Source of the DNA: an uncultured delta proteobacterium | GTDB lineage: Bacteria; Desulfobacterota; Binatia; UBA9968 | Assembly (NCBI GenBank): GCA_963745035.1 | Contig: CAVUVW010000013.1 | Location: 1,664,001-1,728,000 of the forward strand | Direction of reading: 5' to 3' | Length of the DNA stretch: 64,000 nt | Part shown: piece after piece, positions 49,929-60,084 of the stretch | Numbering within the stretch: the first letter of the stretch is position 1 | Layout: the number at the start of each line of letters is the position of its first letter | Notes under the pieces: generated by a model | Seen by the model: only the letters and a program-made list of their open reading frames with translations | Database searches by the model: none | Told to the model about the DNA's origin: nothing | Made by a program: the position numbers and the translations under genes

Positions 49929-52721
49929 CAAAGCTGGATCCTCTGGATGACCATTCCCGCCGCTTCGCGCAATACTACATGTTCAGAATTCAGGAGCTCA
50001 GAGACTTTGTCACGAAAGCCTTTCAGTTCTCTGAGTCCGATCTCCCAGACCGTTGCCGCCGCCAGCCACATGTCGCTTTGATCGAGCAGGGCACGCAATG
50101 CGGCGTCGGCGTCCATGTCATCGATCTCGAGGAAGTCCAAAAAAACTTCGAGGCGCTGATCGTGCTCGTCGTCGCTAAAAAGCGGGAAGACGTACCGCTT
50201 GATGTTTCCGGTAAGCAGATTATCGAGAAGCTCGATCGCGCGAGCGCGGTCAGTCGGATCTTCGGAGCTCAAGGCGGCCCGGGCACGGCGAATATCTTCG
50301 GGCGGGTAAACAAGGGAAAGAAGCCACAGGGCTCTTTCCTTCACGCGCTCCATGCTGTCCGTGAGCGCCTGGAACAGGAGCGATCCGTCCGGCAGCGCTT
50401 TTTCCCGCAGACCAAAAAGGGCAGAGAAAATTGCGAACCTTCGGGAGTAGAGCATCACGTCGGAGATCATCGCGCTCTCGATCATCTCGCGGTCCACTTT
50501 GAGACCTGTGAATCGGCGCGCCATCTCTTCGAGGGCAAGAATGACCTTGAAACGGATCGAGCGGTCTTCCTCCAGCAGCCCGCCCAAGAGCGCATTCATC
50601 GCCGCCTGCGAATGAATCTTGCTGAGAGTTCGCGGGATATTAAGCCGTACATCACGGGAATCACCGGCATCGGAGAGCGCGCGGCGTAAATCCTCGACGG
50701 CAATCTCCCCATACTCGATCAAAGCGTCGCGCGCCTGGACTTTCGTAGCGTTATCACCAAGGCGCGAGATGATGTCTTGAAGGACTCCGGGATATTTTCC
50801 CTTGCCTGCGGCAGCCATCGCCGCATGAACCACTGGATAGGACGGGTCGTCCCTGATCAAGCGCGCCAAGTGGGCGGGAAATTCCGGGTCATCAACCTCG
50901 CCGGCAAGCCTGGCGGCTTCGACACGGCTCTTTTCTCCGTCGGCGCCGCGGTCGTTGATCATTTCGCGAAAGGCGCTCGCGGCGGCGGCGCGCGCGTCCG
51001 GGTCGCCATAGCGCAGCAGACACTCCAGGACCCGTCTTTTGACGAGGGGGTCGGAGCTCGCGAGATGCGGGCGGGTAATGGGTATCGCAGGCTTTCTTGA
51101 AAATGGCACCGGCCGCGCTGATCGCCTCCGCCTGGACCTCGCCGTTTTGGTCCTGCAGCATCTGGGTTATCTCTTTCAGGGTGGCAGGATCCGGGCGCAG
51201 CGAAAAAAGTTTGATCGCTCGCCTCCTGACCGCAGGAGACGGGTGGCGGAGCAGGCCGCGCGACAGGCGCGGCACAACGACCTTCGGATCCAATTTCTCC
51301 GCGAGCTCCAGACCGAAAACGACGGACTGCTCCTCCTTTTCCTCCAGGGTCTTCAATACCGCTGCAACCGTTCGCCTGTCGGCATAATCGATGCGCGTTT
51401 CATCCAGGGATATTTCACGGTAGCGCAAACTCTTCCGCAGCGCTTCCACGTAGCCTCCTTGCACCAGGAAAACCGCCGCGGCCCAGATAAAAATGAGCCC
51501 GAGACAAAAATAGCTGAGGACCCTAACGTCGGATCCTCCCAGGAAGAGCATGTAGAAAAGAATCAGCAAAGCTGCGGTGCCATCTCCCAGCCGCTCCACC
51601 GTGACGTCGAGAAAGACCTTGACCTTCTTCCTTATGAAATCGGGGATGGGTAGATAGAGAATCTCGACCCCGCTGCGATTGACGCTCGTGCGCAGGGACG
51701 CTTCGGCCAGCCGCGTCGCTGTCGCCGTATAGAGGCCCGGCCAGGCCAAGAAGCTTACCGATCCCGCAACGAGCGCTAAAGGCAGAAGAAGCAGGCTCGG
51801 GGTTAGACCCAAACCCATCAGGAGCCTGCCGGTCAGGCCCACCTGGGCCACGAAGGTGACGACGCTCAGCCAGACGTAGTAAGAACCGAAGAACACCGCC
51901 AAGGCATCCGTTGACAGATACGCTTCCTTCGCCGCCGCCTTGAACTGATAGTCGATCAAAGTCGAAACTATGACCGAGACAAAGATAAGCACCGCAATCG
52001 ACTGGAGGTAGCGCGAGTTGCGCAGCGTCTCGACCACGCCAGCGGCGTCCCGCGCCTTGCTTTCGTTCGCCGGCACCTCTTCCCTGGGGTTTGCCGCTCG
52101 GTCCTTGTCCCGTTCACGACGCGCGAACCACACCACAGTAAAAGCGCCGGCGAATAAAGCCACGATGAGCCACAACAGATGTTTTGTCCCGAAGAGAAAA
52201 TTAACCGCCCAATTGGCGCCCAACGCCCCCGCTATGCCGCCCAGCGTTCCCCCCGCCGTGAGAATGCCGAAAAGGCGTTTACCCTCGCGCGGATTGAACA
52301 TGGCGTTGGCCAATGTCCAGAATTGCGCCACAACCACGAGACCCACGATGGCCGACCACACGTAAAAGGCGTAGAGCACCCAGGGGAAATCGTAGAAGGC
52401 GATGAGCAGCCAGAAAATAACTAGATTGGAGATGATGAACGCGTGCGAGCCGAGGATCACTCGCGAGAGCGACAGCCTCGCTGTGTAGCGAGCATAGAGG
52501 CTCAGCATCACGCCGGCGAGAACGCCGGCCAAGAGATAAACGTACGCGAGCTCGGTTATCGGAAACCGGTTAAGAAACAGAGAATCCCTGACGATTTTGA
52601 TAACGTTGTTGGCCGCCAGCAAGAAAAATAGCAAAGCCGCCATGAACCCGATGCGCTTGGCATCGCCGGGACCGACGTCAGTGAGCTTCCAGAAATTGAT
52701 CTTCAAAGAGGCAAACGACAT
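49928..52721 (-). CDS. NTT/TLC-family (ATP/ADP translocase-like) transporter fused to HEAT repeats, frameshifted near 51088
   Basis: RDSLFL, QFWTLANAMFNPREGKRLFG, LIDYQFK, EILYLPIP..KVFLD..RLGD motifs, then HEAT repeats spanning ORFs 50892-52721 and 49928-51109. Confidence 0.82.
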
Positions 52722-52936
52722 GTCTCATTCACGGTGAGTCTCTGATTCCGCTGTCGTTCAACCCGGCATAGAGCTCAGACCGTAGCCCGGCGTTGTAGCT
52801 ACACGCTACCACAAGCACACCTAGGAATTCTCCTGGATCGTTTTTCTTTGTAAATTTTATAGCCCACCCGCGCAAGGCTCACTGGCGGGAAGTCCGATGG
52901 GAACACCAATAGAGATTAAGCGAACAGTCGACCCAT

Positions 52937-53152
52937 TGACCGGCTTGATGTTTGACGTTTTGAACGGACCCCGGACTCGATCCGCGGGATTGAGCGGCTT
53001 GAACGTTTTGAACGATTCTCATTTACGTTGAACTTTTGAACCTGTTGAACCGCCGCTAGGCATTGAGCGGCTTGAACATTTCTTACTGTTGCCTGTTGCC
53101 TCAGCGTGCCTGTTGCCTATTCCGTTGCCTGTTGCCTATTTGAGTTGCCTAT
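52937..53152. repeat. Composite repeat: TTGAAC blocks followed by TGTTGCC/TATTGCC heptamers
   Basis: About 10 ttga(a/g)c units, then tgttgcc tgttgcc ... tgttgcc tattcc gttgcc tgttgcc. Confidence 0.78.
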
Positions 53153-54385
53153 TTTTGAATGGTCTCTCTTACGGAAAAAGCCAACAGCATCGCGGTGGCG
53201 AGCGAGCACAAACCGATCATCGCGAATGAAACGGTGTAGCCCATATGCTCGGCGACAAAGCCGAACAGCGCCGGGCTCACCAGGCCGCCGATCTCGCCGA
53301 TCAAGCGCCAGAAACCGAAGAAGCGCCCGCGCGCGTGGGCCGGCGCCATGTCCGAGCCGAGCACCTGCATGCTCCCGGACGTAACCGCGTGGCTGGCATG
53401 CATCCAGAGAAAAGCGCCGGTAAAAATCGCCAGGCCCCAATGCCAGTGCGCGCTCGCCGCGAGAAAAAATAATCCGAGCGCCATGAACACAAAGCCGGGC
53501 ACCATCGTCGTCTTGCGGCCGAAGCGGTCCATCAGATAGCCGCACGATAGCGTGATCGGGATGCCGACGATCGTGCTCATGGTCGCCAAGCCGCCTAAGC
53601 CGCCCGCCCCGACATCGTAAGCAAAGGTCGCGTAGAGCAGCAAGCGTGCCGCCCCAGAGCACGCCGCGGGTCATCGACGCGAAGAACTGGGCGCAGAGAA
53701 AACCGCGGTACCTGGCGTCGAGCATCATGGCAATCAAGGCTTTGGTGCTGAGCTGATCGTCGGTTTTTTTGCCGGCGCTACTCGTTTCGGGCGGCGCGGA
53801 TTCGCGGACGAGAAAAAGACTCGGCGTAATCGCCAGCAGCGCGAGCACGCCGTGGGCGAGAAACGGCAGCCGGATACTCCACGCCGCCAGCAGTCCGCCG
53901 AGCGCAGGGCCGATCAGCCGGCCGGCGCCCTCGGTGCCGACCATGCCGCTCATCTGCCGGCCGCGCTGCCGGCGCTTGCCGACGTCGGCGATGATCGCGA
54001 GCCTGGACTGACGCCACATTTCCATGGCCGCGCCGCCGATCAAACGATAAATTAAAAGCTCGGTGAACGAGTGCGCCACGGCGATGAGACAAGACGACGC
54101 CGCCACCAGCACGGGCCCGGCAATGAGAATCGGGCGGCGGCCGATGCGATCGACGAGAAAGCCGGTCGGCACGGCGGCGACCAGCCCGCCCAGGGCATGC
54201 ACGACGATCACCAAGGAAGCGACGCCGAAGCCGGTGTCGAAGGATTTCGCAAATACCGGTATCGCCGGCGTGGCGATGCTTTGGCCCAGCGCAAAGACGA
54301 ACGCCGGAAGATAGAGAGTCAAAAGCTGGTAGGAAGAAAAGAAACCGTCGTTCTCGTGCGGCTGTGAATCCTTCGGCGGAGCCAT
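53149..54385 (-). CDS. MFS transporter, frameshifted near 53643
   Basis: GFLVDRIGRR and GYLMDRFGRK motif-A loops lie in two consecutive frames. Confidence 0.85.
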
Positions 54386-54553
54386 ACTGGTACGCGACGC
54401 TGTTCCCAGTATGAAGCGGTCAGCGGGAAAGCCTCGTTGATTCCCCTCGTCGACTTAGCTGTGCAACTCGAGAATCAAGCATATAGTTCGATCCCCGCGC
54501 CGCGTCAATCCGAAGCAGGCCGGTTGCGCTCTATCGTTTTGGCTCTGTAACGC

Positions 54554-54672
54554 CTTGAACGGACCAGCTTTACATCGAACGACTGTTGAACGATTGAATG
54601 ACGCAGTATCCGAACCCGTTGAACCCTTGAACGTTTGAACGGTTGAACAGCCCATTTCGGTTGAACCGGTTG
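54554..54672. repeat. TTGAAC periodic repeat
   Basis: ttgaacccttgaacgtttgaacggttgaac and further units. Confidence 0.72.
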
Positions 54673-54769
54673 ACAGTAGCCTCGGGCTCGTAATAGCTAC
54701 AAAGACTACGGGCAGTGCACGACCTCGAAGATCTTCTCGATCAGCTGGAGATCAAGAAGTTTTAACTGT

Positions 54770-54943
54770 CTGTTGAAAAACCTGATTGCAGGCTGTTCAA
54801 AAAGTCCAGATGCGAGACGCGCATGGACCGTGATCGTGTCCGTGAAACGTGATCGAGAAGACCGCACGAACACGCTACACGAACACGAATTCGAGCGAGG
54901 CGATCGAGCGCAACGAAGCAGATGGGCCTTTTTCAACAGCCTA
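54770..54943. mobile_element. MITE-like non-coding element with terminal inverted repeats and 8-bp flanking duplication
   Basis: ctgttgaaaaa / tttttcaacag ends; inner aggctgttcaaaaag; TTAACTGT at 54762-54769 and 54944-54951. Confidence 0.65.
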
Positions 54944-54967
54944 TTAACTGTCTTGCAAGGAGAACCC

Positions 54968-56089
54968 ATGATCGAACCCTATAACGTCGCGTGCATTCAG
55001 ACGACCATCCGCCAAGTTCGGGACCCTGCGACCCGGGATGAAGCGATCCGGGAAAATCTGTATCGCAGCATCTCGCTGATGGAATACGCATCGATTCGCT
55101 TTGGCCAGCCGAAGCTGGTGGTCTTGCCGGAATTTTATCTTACCGGCGCAGATCATCTGAATCGTACCATCGAGCAATGGACCAAAGTCGGTGTCCGCCT
55201 TCCCGGTCCGGAGACCGACGCGCTGGGGAAAGCGGCGCAGCAGTTCAAAATGTACATCGCCGGCGGCACCATGGAATACGACCCCGAGTGGCCGGATCGC
55301 TGGTTCAACAGCGCCTTTATCATTGGGCCCAATGGTGACTTGATCCTGCGCTACCGCAAGCACAATGGGGCCGACGTTCAAGGCCATACCACCTATTCGA
55401 CGCCGGCCGGCTGCCACACCGACTATGTGGCGAAATATGGCGAGGACGGTCTTTTTCCCGTCGTCGATACGCCCATCGGCAAGCTCGGCTGTCTTCTCTG
55501 CTACGACATGAATTTTCCCGAAGTGGCTCGCGCGCTCGCTCTCGGAGGCGCGGAAGTGTTGATCTACCCGACCGGCGAGCCTTATGGACCGCATCGCGAC
55601 GCCTGGGAGTGTTCGCGCCGCACTCGGGCGTATGAAAACTGCGCCTATATCATCTCGGTGAATCACGGCGCCTACGTCGGCCCGGTCGGCGAAAAGGATT
55701 TCGCCGATTCTCCCAATTTCATTTTTCAGGAACGGCGCGAAGGAGAAATCTCGCCGGTATTCCGCTCTCACGGCCACTCGGAAATCGTCAGTTACGAAGG
55801 GCGGGTGGTCACGGTCGTCAACGGGCCCGGCGAGGGAATCGCCCAGGCGACTATCGATATCGAGGCGCTGCGCGAGCGCCGCGCTCTAGTGAAGAACAAT
55901 ACTCTCGCGCAGCTTCGCTCCTCCCTCTATGCGGAAACCTACGAGAAGATCAACGCCTTTCCGCTGGATCATTGGCGGAGCAAAGCGATTCAGAATCGCC
56001 GCGAAGGCGCCGATGCGACGAAATCGGTGATCGAGCGTTTCGTGGCCGACAAGGTTTATGTCTCTCCCCAGAGCGATTCAGCGGCTTGA
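54968..56089 (+). CDS. Nitrilase-superfamily carbon-nitrogen hydrolase, intact triad
   Basis: LPEF, YRKH and LCYDMNFPE motifs. Confidence 0.9.
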   Translation: MIEPYNVACIQTTIRQVRDPATRDEAIRENLYRSISLMEYASIRFGQPKLVVLPEFYLTGADHLNRTIEQWTKVGVRLPGPETDALGKAAQQFKMYIAGGTMEYDPEWPDRWFNSAFIIGPNGDLILRYRKHNGADVQGHTTYSTPAGCHTDYVAKYGEDGLFPVVDTPIGKLGCLLCYDMNFPEVARALALGGAEVLIYPTGEPYGPHRDAWECSRRTRAYENCAYIISVNHGAYVGPVGEKDFADSPNFIFQERREGEISPVFRSHGHSEIVSYEGRVVTVVNGPGEGIAQATIDIEALRERRALVKNNTLAQLRSSLYAETYEKINAFPLDHWRSKAIQNRREGADATKSVIERFVADKVYVSPQSDSAA

Positions 56090-56100
56090 AAGGAACAGCG

Positions 56101-57126
56101 ATGAGCGAATCCAGCTATGTCATGAGTTGTCTTCAATGTGAAATTTCCGTGATCCAGGATCCTGCCGACAAAGACAGACTCCTCAAGAAAAATCTTGAGC
56201 GGAGCCTGGAATTGGCCGGCTATGCCGTAGCCACCGAGGAAAGCCGTTTATTAATTCTACCCGAGGGCTGGCTCCAAGGGTTTGTGCCCAATCGCACGGT
56301 CGCCGATTGGTTGAAGGTCTGCATCCAAATCCCGGGGCCGGAAACGGATGTATTGGGAGATTTCTGCCGCCGTCACAACACCTATCTCGCCGGCGCCGCC
56401 TTCGAGAAAAGCGACGCCTGGCCAGATCGATTTTTCAATACGGCTTTTATCGTCGGGCCGTCCGGTAAGGTCGAGCTCAAATATCGCCAGCTCAACCCCG
56501 AGACTCTCAACGGACTCCTGCCGGTGACGAGTCCGGCGGACATGCTGAATGAGTACGCGCACAAAGAAGGCGAGTCGCCGCTTTTCCCCGTGCTCGACAC
56601 GCCGCTTGGCCGCCTGGCCTGCATGGTCGGCAACGATCTTAACTTTTTTGAGCACATGAGGACCTTGGTGCTGCGCGGCGCGGAGGTTGTCCTGCATCTA
56701 ACCGCGGAGACCACCGCCGCGGCCTTTCCGGTATGGGAAGACATGCGCCGCGCGCGCGCATACGAGAACGTCGCCTACTTTGCATCGGTCAATAACGGCG
56801 GCTGCCTCGGCAGCGGCGCCCCGCGGATGCGCTCTCGCGGTCACAGTGAAATTATCAACTACGAGGGCAAGCCTTTGGCGAGCGCCGACTCGGCCGGAGA
56901 AACGGCCATCCATGCGACGCTGTCGGTGCAGCGCCTGCGCCATCGCCGCATGCAGGTGCGCATGAATTTTCCGGCCCAGTCGAAGATCAAGATGTACGGG
57001 CCGATGTATCGCCGTGCGGAGCGCGTTCCGAACAATGCCTGGGGCGCACGGCCGATCATGTCTGCCACCGAGGGGCCCGAGCTGGTCCGCAAAGTCATCA
57101 AGAAAATGTCCGCCTCCACGCGGTAG
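56101..57126 (+). CDS. Nitrilase-superfamily paralog with degenerate triad
   Basis: LPEG, YRQL and VGNDLNFFE; collinear with the preceding gene (RAYEN, GHSEI). Confidence 0.85.
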   Translation: MSESSYVMSCLQCEISVIQDPADKDRLLKKNLERSLELAGYAVATEESRLLILPEGWLQGFVPNRTVADWLKVCIQIPGPETDVLGDFCRRHNTYLAGAAFEKSDAWPDRFFNTAFIVGPSGKVELKYRQLNPETLNGLLPVTSPADMLNEYAHKEGESPLFPVLDTPLGRLACMVGNDLNFFEHMRTLVLRGAEVVLHLTAETTAAAFPVWEDMRRARAYENVAYFASVNNGGCLGSGAPRMRSRGHSEIINYEGKPLASADSAGETAIHATLSVQRLRHRRMQVRMNFPAQSKIKMYGPMYRRAERVPNNAWGARPIMSATEGPELVRKVIKKMSASTR

Positions 57127-57146
57127 GCGCCGCACACAGGGAGATT

Positions 57147-58145
57147 ATGCGTAGATTGTTTTGGGCGATACTGGTCTGGGTTTTCTTTGCCGCCTCCGCC
57201 TCGGCGCAGCCGGTCAAAGTCAACGTGGCTTACGGCGGCGCCGGAGGAGATCCGTTGCCGGTCATCGTTGGCAAGGAAGCGCGCCTCTTCGAGCAAAACG
57301 GACTCGACGCGAAACTCATCTACTTCACGGGCGGCACCACCAGCGTGCTCGCGTTGATTTCCGGAGACGTTCAGATCGGCCAGGTCGCCGGGCCCTCGGT
57401 GGTGAACAGCGCCATCGGCGGGTCCGACCTGGTCATGGTCGCAGGGGGAATCACGTCGCTCAGCTACTGGATCATGGGCCGCTCGGATGTCAAAACTCCG
57501 GACCAGCTGCGCGGCGGATCGCTCGCCATCAGCCGTTTCGGCTCGGCGACGGACTTCATCGCGCGCTTCGCTTTGCCCAAGCTCGGCTTAACTCCCGGAA
57601 AGGACGTCGCGATCGTCCAGATCGGCGATAGTCCTTCCCGTTTGGGCGCGCTGCTAAACGGCCGAGTCCATGGCGCCGTGCTCGGCTCCCTGCCGGGGGC
57701 CATGGCGCAAAGAAAAGGCATGCACATTCTCGCCGATGTCGCCAAGATGGGGCTCGTGATCCAACACACCGGTGTGGCGACCACGAGAAAAATGATCAAG
57801 GAAAACCGCGAGCTCGTGAAGCGATACGTCAAGACTCAGGTTGACGCCGTGCACCGCATTTGGACCGACAGAGACGGGACGATGAATGCCTTCTTGAAGC
57901 ACGCGGGCAGCACCGCCGAGCGCGACCTGCTGGAAAAAATCCGCGAGAGTCTTCTTAACGAAGCCATGCTTTCCAAAAAGCAGTACCCTTCGATCCCGGG
58001 GATCAAAACGATCTTGACTTCCCTCGCCGAGATCGACCCGAGGGCGCGTTCCGCCAAGCCGGAGGATTTCGTCGACTTGAGCTTCATCCGCGAGTTGGAT
58101 CAAAGCGGCTATATCGATCGGCTGTACGCCGGCCAGTCGAAATAA
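57147..58145 (+). CDS. ABC transporter substrate-binding protein (SsuA/NMT1 type)
   Basis: Signal peptide; LFEQNGLD, AISRFGSATD and AKPEDFVD motifs. Confidence 0.85.
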   Translation: MRRLFWAILVWVFFAASASAQPVKVNVAYGGAGGDPLPVIVGKEARLFEQNGLDAKLIYFTGGTTSVLALISGDVQIGQVAGPSVVNSAIGGSDLVMVAGGITSLSYWIMGRSDVKTPDQLRGGSLAISRFGSATDFIARFALPKLGLTPGKDVAIVQIGDSPSRLGALLNGRVHGAVLGSLPGAMAQRKGMHILADVAKMGLVIQHTGVATTRKMIKENRELVKRYVKTQVDAVHRIWTDRDGTMNAFLKHAGSTAERDLLEKIRESLLNEAMLSKKQYPSIPGIKTILTSLAEIDPRARSAKPEDFVDLSFIRELDQSGYIDRLYAGQSK

Positions 58146-58162
58146 AGCGCCGGAGAAAAGTC

Positions 58163-59173
58163 ATGTCCGACGCAGGCAGCGCGAGCCCGACCATTATCCT
58201 TTATCCTTTTGCCTTTATCCTTCCGAGGCTCCGCTTACGCCTCGCGCCTGTTGCCTTAACGTTTCTTTTGCCATTGATCGTGCACTCAACGGCGCGCGCC
58301 GCAGATCGCTACACGATTCACACCTCCGGGCTCAACAGCAGCGTGTATGTCAACATGCTGTACTTCGCCAACCTGGTGAACCGCTATGCGAGCGATTTTA
58401 CCCTGATCACTCTCCCTTCCGAAGGCGGTCCGACGAATATGATTTCAGTCAACGACGGCAAGGCCTCGTTCGGCACGACCACCGCCGAGTCCGTCAAGGC
58501 CGCTTACGAAGGGTCGGGGGATTTCCGCGGCAAGCCGCAAAAAAGGATCCGCCATGTCGCCAGCTTCGGTTTTAGCCTCATGTTCATTTACACCCATCCC
58601 GATTCTCCCGTTCAATCGATCTCCCAGCTCAAAGGAAAGAAAATCGTCTATGGCGGCGGCACCGGTTCGGCGCTGCTGGGAAAACAGATTCTCGATCTTT
58701 ACGGTCTCGCCAATGACGTGGCCGCGACCAGAGGCGACACGGAGAAGGCGCGCGCGGCGCTCGCACGCAAGGAGATCGACGCGGTGTTCACCATCGCCCG
58801 GCTGCCTGTCCCGGCGTACACCGACATGATCAACGGCAATACATTGAAGCTCTTGCCGGTCGAACCGGACAAGATCAAAGCGTTACAGAAAGAATCGCCG
58901 CTTTATAACGAAGTGGATATCCGTGACTTCTATCCGAAGTATCGTGTCGCGACCAAAGCGGTCGGCCTTCCCGGCCCGCTGGTCACGCGAGACGACATGA
59001 ATGAAAAGGTCGTTTATCAAATGCTCAAGATCGTCTACTCCAACATGGACGAGCTTCAGAAGATGAACGAAGGGTTTACCGGCGATTCAGCCGGGACTGG
59101 ATTGCGCGGCCTCACCATCCCGCTCCATCCGGGAGCGGAAAGGTTTTTCACGGAACAGGGAATTGCGAAATGA
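58163..59173 (+). CDS. TAXI family TRAP transporter solute receptor
   Basis: SEGGPTN, AYEGSGDF, LKGKK and IPLHPGAERFF motifs. Confidence 0.88.
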   Translation: MSDAGSASPTIILYPFAFILPRLRLRLAPVALTFLLPLIVHSTARAADRYTIHTSGLNSSVYVNMLYFANLVNRYASDFTLITLPSEGGPTNMISVNDGKASFGTTTAESVKAAYEGSGDFRGKPQKRIRHVASFGFSLMFIYTHPDSPVQSISQLKGKKIVYGGGTGSALLGKQILDLYGLANDVAATRGDTEKARAALARKEIDAVFTIARLPVPAYTDMINGNTLKLLPVEPDKIKALQKESPLYNEVDIRDFYPKYRVATKAVGLPGPLVTRDDMNEKVVYQMLKIVYSNMDELQKMNEGFTGDSAGTGLRGLTIPLHPGAERFFTEQGIAK

Positions 59174-59259
59174 TCGAACTCCATTCGGCGCCTTGGTGGC
59201 GCTGGGCGCGCCCGGAGTTACTGATTGAAATAAACGCAACTGCGGTGATTTCAAAATAG
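59170..59259 (+). pseudogene. 3' relic of a RidA-family gene (29-codon ORF)
   Basis: ARPELLIEINATAVISK resembles NAPELLVEITVTAC of the RidA at 48828. Confidence 0.55.
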
Positions 59260-59364
59260 CGTCCGCTCGCATGAGCGGGCGCAACTTTGAAAAAGCCTGA
59301 ATTTGATGTGCAATGATCGGCCTCATGCTGGATCGCTTTTTCGCCCCGCGATGGAGGTGCAGTC

Positions 59365-59892
59365 ATGTTTTCGCATCTGAGCAAGTTCAATCTTCAACAA
59401 TGGGTTGATGAGAACAGAAATCATTGGGGCCGGCGTCGGACCGTCTGGCAGGACTCGGATTTCATCACGGTAGTTCACCGCGGACCCAATCGCGGCAAAC
59501 AATTTCACATCAACGAAGGGGACGAGATTTTCTATCAGCTCGAAGGCGAGCTCAATTTTCACCACATCAATTCGTCCGGCAAGCGTGAAGTCCTGGTGCT
59601 TAAACCGGGCGAGATGTTTCTCCTGCCCGCCAATGTCCCTCACTCGCCGCGCCGGGAAGAAGGGTCTTGGACCTTGGTCGTCGAACGCAAGCGCCGGCAT
59701 GACGAAGTCGATCGCTGGGTGTGGTTTTGCGAAAACTGCGACAACAAGCTCTATGAGGCGCCCCCTCGATCAGGGGAGGGACCCAGCGATCAGGCAAACT
59801 CATCCGTGGAAGAGAGCAACCGAAAGCTTAAAACCGACCGTGCTCTTAGCACCTGCACGCGCTGTGGCGAAACGCTCCAACTAGAGGAATAG
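59365..59892 (+). CDS. nbaC: 3-hydroxyanthranilate 3,4-dioxygenase family protein
   Basis: GPN...FHINEGDEIFYQLEG, VPHSPRR, LVVERKR, CENC and CTRC motifs; GGAGG RBS. Confidence 0.82.
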   Translation: MFSHLSKFNLQQWVDENRNHWGRRRTVWQDSDFITVVHRGPNRGKQFHINEGDEIFYQLEGELNFHHINSSGKREVLVLKPGEMFLLPANVPHSPRREEGSWTLVVERKRRHDEVDRWVWFCENCDNKLYEAPPRSGEGPSDQANSSVEESNRKLKTDRALSTCTRCGETLQLEE

Positions 59893-60084
59893 AGGAAACA
59901 AAATCTCACCCTTGCCCGACCCTCGCGAAATTCCGTCATGGAAGCGGCCCGGTGAGGTTGGGCCGTCGCGGTGCATCGCTCAGCAAGGCGATTTTGCAGG
60001 AAAGGGGATCACAAAGGGAGTGGGGCCTGCTTTTCTTTTCACTCCGCAGCCGACCCCGGCGGCACCGCTAAGGAGCATAAGAAT

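Noticed and set aside
1-54385. Frameshifts in the zinc-ribbon gene, lemA 5' end, moxR, DUF5666-like gene, srkA, amidohydrolase 2, NTT-HEAT and MFS as programmed frameshifting or mass pseudogenisation
   Set aside because: They are small indels, several in short C/G runs, with intact sequence on both sides and no slippery heptamer or accumulated stops. Consensus error is more likely; read-level checking is needed.
38801-54672. TTGAAC arrays as CRISPR repeats
   Set aside because: Units are 7-9 nt with no unique 30-40 nt spacers, and no cas genes are present.
54773-54967. N-terminal extensions of nitrilase 1 (and similarly at 46172, 33401, 30320, 38809)
   Set aside because: They are translations of repeat or MITE DNA upstream of better-supported ATG starts.
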